A DNA stretch of 20,000 bases from Candidatus Tectimicrobiota bacterium (GTDB lineage Bacteria; JACPUC01). Every line of letters starts with the position of its first letter. Within the stretch, counting starts at the first letter, position 1. Positions 16,473 through 20,000 of this stretch are shown here, in pieces. The DNA lies in assembly GCA_016192455.1 (NCBI GenBank), contig JACPUC010000017.1:113581-133580 (forward strand). Direction: 5' to 3'. The translations under genes and the position numbers were made by a program. A model generated the notes under the pieces. That model searched no databases, was not told the origin of the DNA, and was given only the letters and a program-made list of their open reading frames with translations.

Positions 16473-17509
16473 CTAGCTCAGATCGTCTTCAATTCCTGGC
16501 ATTTCGTCCCGCAGGTAGGCTTTCAGCTTGTCAAGCAGGCGCGCCGCGATCTGTCGCGCGCGCTCGCGCGTCACCCCCAGCTCGTCACCGAGCTCCTGCA
16601 GGGTGGCCGGCGTTTCCGCCAGGTAGCGGCGGTCGAGGATGAGCCGCTCATTCTCTTTCAGGGTGTCGCGGAACCGCAGGATGTTCTCGTGCACGTGGTC
16701 GCTGAACTCTTGCTGGGCGAGCTGCTCCTCCGGGCCAAGGTGAGAGGTGGGCAGACGTTCGACCAACGCCAGGTCGGCGCCGGGATGCGAAGGCTCGTCG
16801 AGGGAGACCTCCCAGGAGCCGAGCCGCTGTTCCATCTCCACCACGTCCTCCTCGCGCACCTTGAGACGCTCGGCGAGGAGCTTGGGACCGGCGGCGTAGC
16901 CCTGTTGTTCGAGCAGCTTCTTCTCGCGATTGAGGCGGAAGAAGAGCTTCTTTTGCGCCCGCGTCGTCCCCAGCCGCACCAGGCTCCAGTTATCGAGGAG
17001 GTATTTCAGGATGTAGGCGCGGATCCACCAGGCGGCGTACGTGGAGAGCTTCACGCCGCGGTAGGGGTCGAAGCGGGTCACGGCCTCCTGCAGACCGAGG
17101 TTGCCCTCTTGAATGAGGTCGAGCACCTGCACCTGGGATTGCCGGTACTGCATGGCGATCTTCACCACCAGCCGCAGGTTGGCGGTGATCAACCGGTAGG
17201 CGGCCTCGAGGTCGTCGTGCTCGCGGAACCGCACCGCCAGTTCATGCTCCTCCTCGCTCGATAACAGAGCGAAGCGCTTGATCTCGTGGAAATACCGTTC
17301 GAGCGTCGTTTGTGCGGGCGACAGGAGGGAGGTCGTGCCGGTAGCGGCGGCGGCGGGGGGCGGGACCTGCGGCTGCCGCAAGTCTTCGTCCGACTCATCG
17401 GCCGCCTCATCGGCCGGTTCGTCATCCCAGGCCTCGGGCCTCTCCGGTTGAGGCGCCTCCTCGACCGCCTGGCGCTCGTCGGTCGTCTCGCGGCGCGGAG
17501 AACGACGCA

Positions 17510-17510
<1 letters not shown>
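16473..17510 (-). CDS. rpoH: RNA polymerase sigma-32 (RpoH) family factor
   Basis: Region 1.2 LERYFHEIKRFALLS.EEE.ELA; region 2 ANLRLVVKIA, DLIQEGNLGL..AV.RFDP.RG..LSTYA.WWIRA; RpoH box TTRAQKKLFFRL; region 4 TLQELGDELGVTRERARQI. ATG overlaps the upstream stop (TGATG). Confidence 0.93.
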
Positions 17511-18889
<1,379 letters not shown>

Positions 18890-19000
18890 GAGGCCTCATC
18901 CGGGGGAACCGAGCACGAAGTTGGAGTGCGTCCCTCCTCCCGCGGGCGGCCAGCTCCGGGCCTTCAGCCGCGTCACTGGCCGGCAGGCGCAGGAGCCACG

Positions 19001-19150
19001 TTGATGAGAGCGGAACTGTTCGAGGCGGCGCGGCACTCAGCCGCCGGTGCTGCGGGGAGCCTGCCCGTCACCCAGGTCGCCGGAGCCCGTAGCCGCGGCA
19101 CAGCTCGGCAGACGTCGCGATCAAACTCCCAGACTTCCCCGCTTCATCAA
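19001..19150 (-). ncRNA. Candidate structured RNA upstream of htrA (rod with central internal loop)
   Basis: Minus-strand helices: UUGAUGAAGCGGGG/UUCCGCUCUCAUCAA (19137-19150 with 19001-19015), GGGAGUUUG/CAGGCUCCC (19122-19130 with 19055-19063), an apical imperfect helix, and a side hairpin 19024-19045. G-U pairs favour the minus strand. Confidence 0.35.
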
Positions 19151-19179
19151 ATGTATATGACATCCTCCCGCTCAATCAA
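19150..19179 (-). promoter_or_regulatory. Candidate promoter TTGATT-N18-TACATT for the htrA-rpoH unit
   Basis: Conspicuous AT-rich patch in a GC-rich spacer. Minus strand reads TTGATTgagcgggaggatgtcataTACATT. Confidence 0.45.
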
Positions 19180-19475
19180 TTCCACCTTCTGCGTGCCGCC
19201 CCCTTGGCTCTACCGGCGGGGCTGGCCCGGGGAGTCGAGGCGGCAGGCTGGCGTATGCCGGCGAAGGAGCAGCCCCGCGCCTCTCCCGCCTCACCTGCCG
19301 TGGCCGTTACCGCCGGGCATGGGGCTGACGCGACAGACGGCTGCAATCAAGCACGAAGGGAGCGCCTCGACAGCGCTCCCTGTTTCCACGCCCGCCCACC
19401 GCCGGCACAGCCCCGGCGCCGAAGGCGCACCTCGTCCTCTCGCCCGGAAACTCCTCGACCTGCCGGACGCGACCC

Positions 19476-20000
19476 CTAAAGAACCTCACGCCAGCGCTCG
19501 GTGGCGAAGGTGGCGCTGAGGGCGTTATTGATGGCGCTGCTGCTGTAAAAGAAGTCGCCATTCCCCGTCACCTTTATCCGCGCCTCGTCGGAGTGCTCCG
19601 AGGTGGTGTTCGCCACCAGCAAGGAGCCGTAAAGGTTGAAGTTCCCCGCCCCCTGCTCAACCCGCCCGGGGCAGGTGGGGCAGACGCCGACGATGACGAT
19701 GCCGTAGAAGTTCACGTTGCCGGTGATCACCAGGTCCTTGTCCACGATCAGCACCCCGTAGCCCGTCACCCCGCCGCTTAATCTCAGGCTGTCGTTGACG
19801 TAGGTGATCTGCGGATTCTCTAGGGTGCCGAGGGTGGTGCTGGAGAGGTCGGTTGAGCCGCTGTAGCGCACATTGGCCATCTGGATGAGGCGCTCCCGGG
19901 TCTGGCGCACCTCGTCAAGCTGCAGCGGCGTGTCGCCGAAGGCGATGTCGGGGGAGGCGCCGCCGGAGCCGGTGATGTTGTTCTTCGCGGCTTGGGCGTC
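19476..20000 (-). CDS. C-terminal part of a hypothetical protein, PilX-like / beta-rich surface protein; starts beyond the window
   Basis: Frame open from 20000 (DAQAAKNNITGSGG...). Gly/Val/Asn beta-strand repeats (LRLSGGVTGYGVLIVDKDLVITGNVNFYGIVIV) and a C-terminal WRE motif, as in PilX-type minor pilin-associated proteins. Confidence 0.65.
   Translation of the reverse strand, partial: DAQAAKNNITGSGGASPDIAFGDTPLQLDEVRQTRERLIQMANVRYSGSTDLSSTTLGTLENPQITYVNDSLRLSGGVTGYGVLIVDKDLVITGNVNFYGIVIVGVCPTCPGRVEQGAGNFNLYGSLLVANTTSEHSDEARIKVTGNGDFFYSSSAINNALSATFATERWREVL

Overview
GC-rich bacterial chromosomal window; the rpoH, DUF4340 and PilX-like genes suggest a deltaproteobacteria-like or related lineage (inference). 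Genes in order: 5' part of a universal stress protein gene (-); exported tandem-domain rhodanese (-); about 0.9 kb of structured intergenic DNA; stand-alone ADP-forming acyl-CoA synthetase alpha subunit (+); mutM (+); livH-M-G-F ABC operon whose binding-protein gene survives only as a C-terminal remnant (+); a convergent operon of UbiD-family decarboxylase, an uncalled 46-aa Zn-ribbon protein and an atypical M20 hydrolase (-); triple-DUF4340 protein; NtrC-derived regulator lacking its AAA+ domain and carrying a degenerate receiver; small Cys-rich secreted protein; coupled htrA-rpoH; 3' end of a PilX-like gene. No CRISPR array, tRNA, rRNA or intact transposase was seen. Best leads are the UbiD/Zn-ribbon/M20 module, the AAA-less pseudo-receiver-Fis regulator, two long GU-containing RNA-like folds (2166-2467 and 19001-19150) and a repeated GGGGATCAnTGATCCCC palindrome. 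All family calls come from motif recognition by eye, not database searches.
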